Position numbers and translations under genes: made by a program
Origin: a virus
Lineage: Duplodnaviria; Caudoviricetes
DNA: 60,616 bases
IMG/VR virus record: IMGVR_UViG_3300037258_000413
Coordinates: 1 to 60,616 of that record
Strand: one strand, 5' to 3'
Notes under the pieces: model-generated
Database searches by the model: none
The model's input: only the letters and a program-made list of their open reading frames with translations
Told to the model about the DNA's origin: nothing
Part shown: positions 44,514 through 53,417 of the stretch, one piece after another
Position numbering within the stretch: the stretch's first letter is position 1
How the letters are laid out: each line of letters begins with the position of its first letter

Positions 44514-45587
44514 ATGAGTATCTACCGGCCCTGCTACACCACCCGCGAGGCGGTGAAGCGCGCCCTGGACATGAAGATCACCGCGCGGCAGGACTGGCAG
44601 GTCGACGACGCCATCCAGGCCGCATCGGAGGAGGCCGAGAAGTTCCTGCACCGGGTGTTCTACCCGACCATCGACACCAGGTGGGTGGATTGGCCGAATT
44701 TCCAGGCCGCGGCCCCGTGGCGGATCTGGCTGGATGAGGCCGAGCTCGCGGACGTGACGGTCAACGTGCCCGTGGTCACCTCCGGCGGCAACGTCATCCC
44801 CAACGACCAGATCTTCTGGGGCAACCCGCGGTACACGCCGCCGTACACGTATTTCGAGCTCAACCGGGCGTCCTCGGCGACGTTCGGCCAGGGCCCGACG
44901 CCTCAGCGGGACGTCGGGATCACCGGGACCTTCGGATATTGGATCATCTCGACGCCGGCCGACGTGCTCGCCGGGTCGGTCTCCACCACGGGTGCGACGT
45001 CGATCACGGTGACCGGGGCGTGCACCGCGGCGGTCGGGGTGGGCGACAACGTCCTGATCGGCGCCGAGCGGATGCTGGTCGTCGACAAGCAGATGGCCGA
45101 CACCGGCCAAGCCCAGCAGTCCGGAGTGACGACCGACAAGACGAACGATGTCGCGCTCGGGGTGAGCAACGGCGCCGACTATGCGACGGGCGAGATCCTG
45201 CAGCTCGACGCCGAGCAGCTCCTCGTCACCGCGATCACCGGGAACCTCCTTACGGTCATCAGGGCGTGGAACGGCACGGTGCTCGCTACCCATTCGGGCG
45301 CGGAGATCTATGGGCTGCGCACCCTGATCGTGCAGCGCGCCGCGCTCGGCACGACCGCGTCGACGTACGCGGACGGAACGGCGCTGGCGGTGCACGTCTG
45401 CCCGCGCCTGGTGGCGCAGCTCTCGCGGGCGCACGCGATCGACCAGGTGATGCAGGAACTGGGCGCCTACGCGCGCACCCAGGGCTCCGGAGCCGCGAAG
45501 CAGGGCCAGATCGGCCAGGGCATCGCCGGGCTGGCGCAGCGCTGCTACGACGCGTACGCGCGCAGCGGCCGAAGCCGGGTGGTGTGA
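44514..45587 (+). CDS. Head-to-tail adaptor with inserted beta domains
   Basis: YTTREAVKRAL...AIQAAS...HRVF; ITGTFGY; two G..L.I..E..LV repeats. Confidence 0.75.
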   Translation: MSIYRPCYTTREAVKRALDMKITARQDWQVDDAIQAASEEAEKFLHRVFYPTIDTRWVDWPNFQAAAPWRIWLDEAELADVTVNVPVVTSGGNVIPNDQIFWGNPRYTPPYTYFELNRASSATFGQGPTPQRDVGITGTFGYWIISTPADVLAGSVSTTGATSITVTGACTAAVGVGDNVLIGAERMLVVDKQMADTGQAQQSGVTTDKTNDVALGVSNGADYATGEILQLDAEQLLVTAITGNLLTVIRAWNGTVLATHSGAEIYGLRTLIVQRAALGTTASTYADGTALAVHVCPRLVAQLSRAHAIDQVMQELGAYARTQGSGAAKQGQIGQGIAGLAQRCYDAYARSGRSRVV

Positions 45588-45588
45588 G

Positions 45589-46044
45589 ATGGACTTCACC
45601 ACCCTCCTGGATGCGCTGGTCTCCCATGCGCAGTCGGTCGGCGGTATCGCACCGGTCAACGGCCACCAGCCGCCGTCGGTCGACCCGAGCGGGATCAGCG
45701 CAGGCATCTGGGTGCAGGACATGCGCCCGGTCAAGGAACTCTCGGGCCTGAGCGTGACCAGCATGGAGGCGCTGTTCAACGTCCGGCTCTACAGCAGCGC
45801 GGTCCAGCAGCCGTACGACGCGATCGACCCGGCCCTGATGAACGCCGCCGACACGCTGCTGGCCGCGTACAGCGGCGACTTTCAGCTCGCCGGTGAGGTC
45901 ATGGAGGTGGACCTGCTCGGCCAGTACGGTCCCTCGATGTCTGCGACCGCCGGATATATGACCAACGACGGCGTGACCCTGCGCGTGATGACGATCGCGC
46001 TGCCGCTGATCGTCGCGGACCTGTGGAAGCAGGGGGGGTCATGA
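45589..46044 (+). CDS. Tail terminator-like protein
   Basis: Position; ALVSHA...VNGHQP...YSGDFQL. Confidence 0.65.
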   Translation: MDFTTLLDALVSHAQSVGGIAPVNGHQPPSVDPSGISAGIWVQDMRPVKELSGLSVTSMEALFNVRLYSSAVQQPYDAIDPALMNAADTLLAAYSGDFQLAGEVMEVDLLGQYGPSMSATAGYMTNDGVTLRVMTIALPLIVADLWKQGGS

Positions 46045-46439
46045 CGGAGATCTCCTACTCCGGGCCGCTGTTCGACGGATCCGCCGCGGCGATGGTCGAA
46101 CAGATGCTCGAAGCGGTGCGCACGACGGTCGCCGGGCAGGCGCTGGTCGAGTGGGAGTCGGGCATGGAGGAGCACATCCGCCATTCCGGCCCCGTCTACC
46201 AGACGTATGCCCAGGCCCGGGATGAGGGCGGCACCGAGCGGGTCGTGAACGACGGCTGGGGTGAAACCAATGATCTGCCATATGGCCCTTGGCTTGAGGG
46301 CGTCGGCTCGCGCAACAGCCCGGTGACGATCTTCCCTGGCTACCACTCGCTCCGGGACGCCTTCGAGACCACGACCGGCCAGGTGGAAGAGCTCGCGGCC
46401 CCGGTCGTCGAGGAATGGGTGGAGAAGATCAATGACTGA
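46041..46439 (+). CDS. Neck/tail completion protein
   Basis: GPLFDG...YGPWLEG...FPGYH. Confidence 0.65.
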   Translation: MTEISYSGPLFDGSAAAMVEQMLEAVRTTVAGQALVEWESGMEEHIRHSGPVYQTYAQARDEGGTERVVNDGWGETNDLPYGPWLEGVGSRNSPVTIFPGYHSLRDAFETTTGQVEELAAPVVEEWVEKIND

Positions 46440-46468
46440 CCGGCGCACATGGCAAGGAGGGGTGACCC

Positions 46469-47431
46469 ATGGGTAAGAGTTCGGGCCTCGGCGACTATCT
46501 CTGGTTCAGCGGAGTCGACCTGTCGAGCGACACCCAGTCCGGGAAGGTCTCCGGGTCGGTGGCGCTGCTCGACTTCACCGGCATCAACAACCTCGCGTTC
46601 GTGCGCCAGGGCGGCGAGCGCTCGGCCGACATGGCGTGGGTCTCCTACTTCGACTCCTCCGTCTCCCACCCGCTGCTCTCGGCGCTCCCGCGCACCGACG
46701 TCCTCGGCACGTACGTCACCAACCTCGGCGCGGCCACCTCGGCGATCGGGAACCCCGCGTACTGCATGCAGGGCCTGCAGCTGAACTACGACCCGACCCG
46801 TAGCACGGCGGGCGCGTTGACGATGGCGGTGACGTGCGACTCGGACAACTACGGCGGCGAGTGGGGCGTCCTGCTGACGCCCGGGATCCGGACGGACACG
46901 GCGGCGACGAACGGCGCGACGTTCGACGGCGCGGGCGGCTTGAGCACGCCGTCGTTCCCGCTCACCACGGTCGCGGTGCCCAACCCGTCCGGGCTGCCGG
47001 TCACGGTGGTGATCTCCTCCGGGACCGTCACCCTCGTGACCGTGAACGGGGTGACGGTCGGCACGGGGGACGGCACGTACACGCTGCCGGCCGGGGCGTT
47101 GATCGCGGTGACCTACACCGGGTCGCCGACGTGGACGTGGACGCCGGTGACGGCGTTCGGGGCGCAGGCGTACCTGCACGTGTTCGCGTTCACCGGCACC
47201 GATGCGACGGTCGCGGTGCAGTCCTCGCCGGACAACTCGACGTGGACGACGGTCGCGGCGCTGACGTTCGCCCAGACGACGTCGGGGCCCGGCTATCAGC
47301 GGGTGGCGACGGCGAACAACGCGACGGTGCCGCGGTATCTGCGGGCGATCACCACGACTTCGGGGGGTTTCTCGAACCTGCAGTTCGCGGTGGTCGTGGT
47401 GCGCAATCCGGTCGCCGGACAGACGTTCTAA
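46469..47431 (+). CDS. Tail-tube-like protein with extra beta domains
   Basis: MGKSSGLG...GVDLS...DFTGI; RBS AAGGAGG. Confidence 0.65.
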   Translation: MGKSSGLGDYLWFSGVDLSSDTQSGKVSGSVALLDFTGINNLAFVRQGGERSADMAWVSYFDSSVSHPLLSALPRTDVLGTYVTNLGAATSAIGNPAYCMQGLQLNYDPTRSTAGALTMAVTCDSDNYGGEWGVLLTPGIRTDTAATNGATFDGAGGLSTPSFPLTTVAVPNPSGLPVTVVISSGTVTLVTVNGVTVGTGDGTYTLPAGALIAVTYTGSPTWTWTPVTAFGAQAYLHVFAFTGTDATVAVQSSPDNSTWTTVAALTFAQTTSGPGYQRVATANNATVPRYLRAITTTSGGFSNLQFAVVVVRNPVAGQTF

Positions 47432-47441
47432 GGGGACTGGC

Positions 47442-47897
47442 ATGTCTGAGGTGCAGATGGTGCGGACCCCGGAAGGCATGCGGCTGCTGCCGCGCCACCG
47501 GCCGTCGGCTTATCAGACGTTCTCGGTGCACCGGCCACTGGCCACCCACTGGCGCCCCGCGACGTGCAAGGAGGTCGAGTGCCCGGACTACCTGCACGGC
47601 TGGCGGCTGCGGGTGGAGGGCCTGGACGCGCGGGATGTGCACCTCGCGACGCACTGCGGGCGCTCCTTCCAGCGCGTCGAGGTCGCGCAGGGCGAGACGT
47701 GGCTCGTGTTCCAGGCCGGCCAAGCGTGCTTTCAGGCCGCGCGCCACCAGAAACCGCTGGAGCGCCCGGAGCTGTACGTGGTGCGCGGGGGCGACTGGCG
47801 GGAGCTCGGTGATCCGCATCAGCTCTCGCCGACGTCGTGGGTCGATTCGTTCGGGGAGAACCAGCAGGCAATCCGCGACTCTATAGGGAGAGGTTGA
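47442..47897 (+). CDS. Tail-region hypothetical protein
   Basis: ATCKEVEC..Y..GW...F.AGQ.CF. Confidence 0.7.
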   Translation: MSEVQMVRTPEGMRLLPRHRPSAYQTFSVHRPLATHWRPATCKEVECPDYLHGWRLRVEGLDARDVHLATHCGRSFQRVEVAQGETWLVFQAGQACFQAARHQKPLERPELYVVRGGDWRELGDPHQLSPTSWVDSFGENQQAIRDSIGRG

Positions 47898-47902
47898 CAT
47901 CA

Positions 47903-48310
47903 ATGGCAAAGGCAAGCGGTATCGCGTGGACCACGTTCTCGGTGGACGACGCGACCAACACACAGCAGGCGATCGTGGACGACATCACCGACGTCAAGAT
48001 CGCCACCCCGCGCGCGGTGCAGGACATCACGGGCATGGACAAGTCCGCGATGCAGCGGCTGCTCCTGCTCGCCGACCTCACCCTGACCATGAACGGGGTC
48101 TTCAACGGCGCCGCGAACATGTCGCACGCCGTGTTCTGCACCATCCCGTCCACCTCGGTCGCGCGCCTGGTGACGATGGTCGTCAACTCCAAGACCCTCG
48201 CACCCACGGTCGTGCTCACCGACTACCCCCTCACCCGCGCCACCGGCGGCGCGCTGACCTGGTCGGTGCCCGGGTCGCTCTCCTCCGGCACCGCACCGAC
48301 CTGGTCGTAA
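47903..48310 (+). CDS. Major tail (tube) protein
   Basis: MAKASG...TPRAVQDITGMDKSA..RLLLLAD; directly precedes the chaperone and TMP. Confidence 0.7.
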   Translation: MAKASGIAWTTFSVDDATNTQQAIVDDITDVKIATPRAVQDITGMDKSAMQRLLLLADLTLTMNGVFNGAANMSHAVFCTIPSTSVARLVTMVVNSKTLAPTVVLTDYPLTRATGGALTWSVPGSLSSGTAPTWS

Positions 48311-48320
48311 GGACACGTAT

Positions 48321-48731
48321 ATGAGCGATGGTTTCCGCCTGGAGCCCAAGCAGTACAACCTCGACTTCGAGGACCCGAAGCTCGATGGTCTCCAGGTCCA
48401 GCTGACCGGCATGAGCATGCAGGAGGCCCTCGACCTGGACCTGCTGCGCTTCGCCCCCTGGAAGGGCGTCGAGGACAACGCGGAGCGCCAGCGCGCCATC
48501 GCCGAGACCATCGTCGCGCACCTGGCCGGCTGGAACCTGACCGAGAAGGACCGCACCCCCACGCCGCCGACCGCCGACGGGCTCCTGTCGCACGACCAGG
48601 AGATCCAGACCGCGATCGTCGGCGCATACGGGCGCGCGATCCGGGGCGTCCCGGCCCCTTTGGGCAGCGGATCGACGAATGGCGAGGGGGTGGACTCACT
48701 GCCGACGGAAACGTTGCCCGCGAGCCCGTAG
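48321..48731 (+). CDS. Tail assembly chaperone (G)
   Basis: Position; LAGWNL motif; slippery site near the end. Confidence 0.8.
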   Translation: MSDGFRLEPKQYNLDFEDPKLDGLQVQLTGMSMQEALDLDLLRFAPWKGVEDNAERQRAIAETIVAHLAGWNLTEKDRTPTPPTADGLLSHDQEIQTAIVGAYGRAIRGVPAPLGSGSTNGEGVDSLPTETLPASP

Positions 48732-48874
48732 AACACCGGCACGCCGACCTGATGGTGGCGTTGTGCGACCGGTTCCACAAGCTCCCGTCCGAGATCCTCG
48801 CCGAGGACGCCTCGCTGCTCCAGATGATCGCCATCGTCGAGAGGGGGAAGCCCCAGCGTGACGAATATTATTGA
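48656..48874 (+). other. -1 programmed frameshift (C CCT TTG) and GT extension frame
   Basis: Heptamer at 48656-48662 in X XXY YYZ phase; -1 frame open to TGA 48874, encoding LCDRFHKLPSEILAED. Confidence 0.85.
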
Positions 48875-51800
48875 GATCCGCGTCCAGACGGTCAACGACA
48901 TCGCGGCGGGGCTCGCCGGCGCCAAAGCCGACGCCGTCTCCGGGGCGCAGGAGATCGCCGGGATCTTCGAGGAGGCCGGCGGCGAGGCCGGGGACGGGTT
49001 CGCCGCCGCGTTCGCCGCGGCCCTGGGCGGCAGCATCGGCAAGAGCGCGGCCCCCGCGGGCGAAGAGATCGCAGGCGCGCTGACCGAGTCCGCGGCCGGC
49101 GCCGGGGACGCGATGGCCGCCGAGATCGGCGACGCCCTGGGCACCGGCCTGGCGTCCGCCGGCGAGCGCGCCGGCGCGGCGGCCAGCGACGGCATCGCGA
49201 GCGGCCTGGACGCCGCGCGGTCCGAAGCGGAGTCGGCGGCTGGCGCGATAGGCGCCGCGCTCGCAGAGGGAGTCGCGGAAGGCGCTTCCGGCGCCGGGGA
49301 CGCGATCGGCCAGCAGCTCGGCGACGGATTGTCCGGGAAGGCGCAGGCCGCAGGAACACAGGCTGGCCAAGCGCTCGCGGAGGGCTTCGACAACGCCACC
49401 GCGGGGCTCGGCCAGGAGACGGCCCAGCACGTCGAGACCGCGCTGTCCGGCCTGGCGCCCGCGGCGAGTTCCGCCGGCAGCGCCGCGGGCACCGCGCTGG
49501 AGGCCTCGGTCGCACACGGCCTCGCCGCGCTCGCGTTTGCCGGGGCCGCTGCGGGCACCGAGCTCGCCCTCGGGATCACGGCGGGCGCGGCCGCGGCCGT
49601 CGGCGCCGTCGCCGGGATCGCGGAGGCCATCCAGGCGCAGCTGACCGGCGAACTGAGCGAAGCCGGCGCCTCCTCCGGCTCGGAGCTCGGGATCAGCGTC
49701 GGGGACGGCGCGCAGTCGAGCGCCGGGAGCGCGGCGTCGATGATCGCCCGCGCCCTCGAAGCCGACCTCGCCGACGCCCTGGCCGAGTCGGGGGGAGCCG
49801 CCGGCATCTCGCTACTCCACGGCATCCAGGACGGTGCGACCGGCGGCGGCAAGACCGTGGCCGCGAAGATCGCCTCCGCCATCGAGGCGCCTTTGACCGA
49901 CGCGATGGGGGAGGTCGGCGCTGAGGCCGTCGGGGCGCTCTTCACGCAGGTGAGCGCGGGCCTGGACGTGACGGTGGCGGAGATGGGCGCCTTCGCCGGG
50001 CGCCTGGGCGCGCTGCGCGCCCAGGCCGGTACGGCTGCCGCAGGCCCCGTGGCGCAGGCGGCGCAGGAAGCGGCCGAGGAGGCGCCCGCCGCGCAGGAGG
50101 CGATCGCCGAGGCCCTCGGCGCCGCAGAGGCCAAAGCGATCGATGAGGCGAGCGCGCGCGCCGAGGCCGCGGCCGCGGCGGCCGGCCCGCGGATCGCCGC
50201 AGCGGTGCGCACCTCCATGGCCACGGCCGTCCACGGCGGGATGGCCGGCGGCCCGAACGTCGATCCCTCGGAGCTACTCGCGTCCCTCAGCCCGCAGGCG
50301 TTCGACCCGCTCGTTCCCGACCTGGCATCGAGCGTTTCCGGGGCGTTCACCCGCGCCTCGAAGCTCGGGCTGCAGGACGCGGTCGCGGCCGCGCAGTCCG
50401 AGTGGGGCGCCGAGCTCGCCGGACTCGTCCCGTCCCCTGAGCGCTTCTCCTCGCTGACCGACAAGGGGATCGCGCTGTGGACCGAGGAGGTGCGCGCGCA
50501 GGTCGCCGAGGCCGGTCCGGGACTCGCGGACGCGTTCTCCAACGCCATGGCGCTCGGGCTCGGCGGCATGGACTGGTCCTCGCTCACCGGGGCGCAGGCC
50601 ACGGCGCTGATGGGGGCGATCCGCGGCAGCCTGGTCGAGGGCGCGGACGCGGCCGCGCCCCAGGCCGAGGCCGCGATGGAGCAGCTCGGCGCCGAGTCCA
50701 CCGAGGCGCTCGCCGTCGCGGTGCAGTCCACCGGGTCTGCGGTCGCTGACGCGCTGATCGGGAAGATCGTCGAAGCGCGCGAGGCTGCCACCGCGCAACT
50801 CGTCGAACTCGCCGTCGCCGCAGGCCAAGAGGGCGACGAAGCGGGCGGCAGGTTCGCGACGTTCTTCTCCCAGGCCGTGAACAGCGTGCGCCTGGTCTTC
50901 GCCCAGGACCCGGAAAAGGCCGCGGAAGCCGGCGCCGAGGCCGGCCGCCAGTACGCAGACGCCATGGTCGAACAGCTCGAAGCGGAGTTCGGGGAACTCC
51001 CGCAGGCCGCGGCCGAGGAAGGGGAAGAGGCCGGGGGCGCGTTCGGCCAGTTCTTCTCCAGCGCCGCCAGCGCCGTCCTGGGAGTGTTCGCGAAGGACCC
51101 GGCAGCGGCGGCCGGCGCGGAGGCCGGCGCCGAGTTCGGGGACGCGATGGTCGAGCAGCTCGAGGCCCGGCTGGCCGCCATCGGGGAGAGCGGGGACGCG
51201 GGGTTCGCCGCGACGCTCGAGCAGCAGCTGGAAGCGCAGCTGCGCGCGGCTGCGCAAGAGGCCACGGCAGCGTACGAGCAGCAGCTCGTCGAAGGCATCG
51301 CCGAGGCCGAAACCGAGGCGCAGGCGCAGCTCGGCGAGATGCGCATGGACGTCAACCTCGACCAGATGTTCTCCAACCTCACCCAGAGCCTCCCGGCCGA
51401 TTTCGTGAACGCGTTCTCCGCGGTCCGCCAGGGCATCGCCGTGACCGAGGAGGAGTTCGCTCAGTTCAGCGAATACGGGCAGCAGCAGCTGCGGGCCCTG
51501 GTGACGGTGCTGGATACCGAGGGCGTCCAAGCCGCGGACCAGTTCATGGAAGCGCTGTCCACGAAGTCGTTCAACGAGCGCCTGAATCCGGCGTCGCTGA
51601 TGGCCGGCAGCTCCTCCGAGATGGAAGGCGTGGCCTCCGAGTTCGGGGGCGTCGAGAAGGCCGCGGCCGGAGCGGCTGCCTCGGTGGGCGGCATGGGCGC
51701 GATGATGAGCGGGCCGCTCATGATGGGCGCGATGGGCGCGATGACGATCCTGCCGATGCTCTCGGGCCTGTTCACTTCGAGCGCGGCCTCGGCGTCCGAT

Positions 51801-53417
51801 TTCACCTCCGCCGTGTCGCAGGACTCGAATGCGGTCGGCGACAACACCGCGGCCACGATCCAGCAGACGCTCGCGAAGTCGAACCTTGCCGGGATCTCCA
51901 ACCAGCTCGGGCTCTCGCAGTCGCAGCTGATCGAGTACGCGGCCGGCGAGGCGAACGTGCAGGCACAGGTCACTGCGGCGTACAACGCGCAGACGGAGGC
52001 GTTGCAGAAAAACCAGCAGCAGACGCGGGTGACGGCGGGGAAGTCGGGCGCGAACGCGGACAACCCGAGCGCCCAGTCGCTCTCGCAGCTGCAGCAGCAG
52101 AAAGCGGCGCTCGACGCGGTGGCCGCGGCGGTGGCGGCTGCGGTCAACGAGGATGCGGCGAACTCCGCCGCACTGCTGGCGGCCGAGCAGACCACGAAGA
52201 TCTACGACGCCAGCGTGGCCGCTCTCGGCGAGTCGCAGCTGCTTCAGGTCCAGCAGACGAAGATGTCGAACCAGGCGACCTCGGAGTACGGCTCGCAACT
52301 GCTGGCGGCGGCCTCCAGCGCGTCGTATGCCGCCGCGGCGGTCGGCGCGAACGGCGTGAACATGCAGCTGCAGGCCCAGGCGACGCAGTACACGAACGAG
52401 GCGACCGTCCAGTACGGGAACAACGTGCTGGTGATGGCGCGCAGCACGCAGGCGTTCAACGCGGCGCTCGGTGCGTCGAACATGACGATGCAGCTCAACG
52501 CGCAGAACAGTGCGATCTCCTCGGTGGGGCTCCTGAACCTGGGCAACTCGCAGCTCGGGCTCAACCAGAAGCTCGTCTCCTCCGAGACGGCGTACGCCGA
52601 GGCGCAGCAAGGCGCGTCTGCGTACAGTGCGGCGGTCACCGCGCTCAACGGAGACGCGATGTCGCTGGCGCAGGCGCAGAACACCCTCGCCGGGGACATG
52701 GTGTCGGCCAAGGCCACGTTCGATCAGAACTCCGATTCGCTGAAGTTGAACACGCAGGCCGGGGTGAACGACCGGGAGGCGCTCGTCTCGGCGTCGCAGT
52801 CGATCGTGGCCATGGCCGTCGCCCAGTACCAGTCGACCGGCAACATGAACGACGCGAACAAGACGATCTCCCAGCAGATCACCGCGTACGTCAACGCCAC
52901 CGGCGCCACCGGGAAGGCGAAGACGGCGATCGAGTCCTACCTCGAGTCGATCACGCACATCCCGGCGAACGTCTCGACGACCGTGCACGCCAACACGTCC
53001 ACGGCCTCCAGCGCGATCAGCTCGCTGCAGAACCAGCTCGCGCTGCTCGAATTCCAGGGCGTCAACTCCGTGCAGCAGCAGGTCTCCCTCGTCAAGCAGG
53101 AGATGGGCCACGCCGCCGGCGGGTTCAGTGGGATGAGCTACGCCGCGCAGGGCGGCTCCCAGTACGGCGGTCCGACCATGATCAACGAGCAGGGCGCGGA
53201 GATGGTGAACCTCCCGAACGGCTCCCAGGTCATGCCGGCCGCGAACACCGCGTCGATGATGGCCAACGGGTTCGGGATGGGACCCCAGCGCATCCAGCTC
53301 GAATGGGTCGGCGCGAGCGACGACCCCCTGTTCGAGATGCTGCGCCAGGGCATCCGGGTACGCGGCGGCGGCGGCTCCAACAGCGTGCAGCGCGCGCTCG
53401 GGCAGGTGACGCGATGA
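48858..53417 (+). CDS. Tape measure protein
   Basis: 1519 aa Ala/Gly-rich helical protein after the chaperone; C-terminal HAAGG...NEQGAEMV motif. Confidence 0.93.
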   Translation: MTNIIEIRVQTVNDIAAGLAGAKADAVSGAQEIAGIFEEAGGEAGDGFAAAFAAALGGSIGKSAAPAGEEIAGALTESAAGAGDAMAAEIGDALGTGLASAGERAGAAASDGIASGLDAARSEAESAAGAIGAALAEGVAEGASGAGDAIGQQLGDGLSGKAQAAGTQAGQALAEGFDNATAGLGQETAQHVETALSGLAPAASSAGSAAGTALEASVAHGLAALAFAGAAAGTELALGITAGAAAAVGAVAGIAEAIQAQLTGELSEAGASSGSELGISVGDGAQSSAGSAASMIARALEADLADALAESGGAAGISLLHGIQDGATGGGKTVAAKIASAIEAPLTDAMGEVGAEAVGALFTQVSAGLDVTVAEMGAFAGRLGALRAQAGTAAAGPVAQAAQEAAEEAPAAQEAIAEALGAAEAKAIDEASARAEAAAAAAGPRIAAAVRTSMATAVHGGMAGGPNVDPSELLASLSPQAFDPLVPDLASSVSGAFTRASKLGLQDAVAAAQSEWGAELAGLVPSPERFSSLTDKGIALWTEEVRAQVAEAGPGLADAFSNAMALGLGGMDWSSLTGAQATALMGAIRGSLVEGADAAAPQAEAAMEQLGAESTEALAVAVQSTGSAVADALIGKIVEAREAATAQLVELAVAAGQEGDEAGGRFATFFSQAVNSVRLVFAQDPEKAAEAGAEAGRQYADAMVEQLEAEFGELPQAAAEEGEEAGGAFGQFFSSAASAVLGVFAKDPAAAAGAEAGAEFGDAMVEQLEARLAAIGESGDAGFAATLEQQLEAQLRAAAQEATAAYEQQLVEGIAEAETEAQAQLGEMRMDVNLDQMFSNLTQSLPADFVNAFSAVRQGIAVTEEEFAQFSEYGQQQLRALVTVLDTEGVQAADQFMEALSTKSFNERLNPASLMAGSSSEMEGVASEFGGVEKAAAGAAASVGGMGAMMSGPLMMGAMGAMTILPMLSGLFTSSAASASDFTSAVSQDSNAVGDNTAATIQQTLAKSNLAGISNQLGLSQSQLIEYAAGEANVQAQVTAAYNAQTEALQKNQQQTRVTAGKSGANADNPSAQSLSQLQQQKAALDAVAAAVAAAVNEDAANSAALLAAEQTTKIYDASVAALGESQLLQVQQTKMSNQATSEYGSQLLAAASSASYAAAAVGANGVNMQLQAQATQYTNEATVQYGNNVLVMARSTQAFNAALGASNMTMQLNAQNSAISSVGLLNLGNSQLGLNQKLVSSETAYAEAQQGASAYSAAVTALNGDAMSLAQAQNTLAGDMVSAKATFDQNSDSLKLNTQAGVNDREALVSASQSIVAMAVAQYQSTGNMNDANKTISQQITAYVNATGATGKAKTAIESYLESITHIPANVSTTVHANTSTASSAISSLQNQLALLEFQGVNSVQQQVSLVKQEMGHAAGGFSGMSYAAQGGSQYGGPTMINEQGAEMVNLPNGSQVMPAANTASMMANGFGMGPQRIQLEWVGASDDPLFEMLRQGIRVRGGGGSNSVQRALGQVTR

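Noticed and set aside
47900-53111. Very long minus-strand ORFs (1178 and 945 aa)
   Set aside because: Antisense shadows of the tape measure gene caused by high-GC codon bias; the same applies to shadows over int, TROVE, portal, MCP and tail genes.
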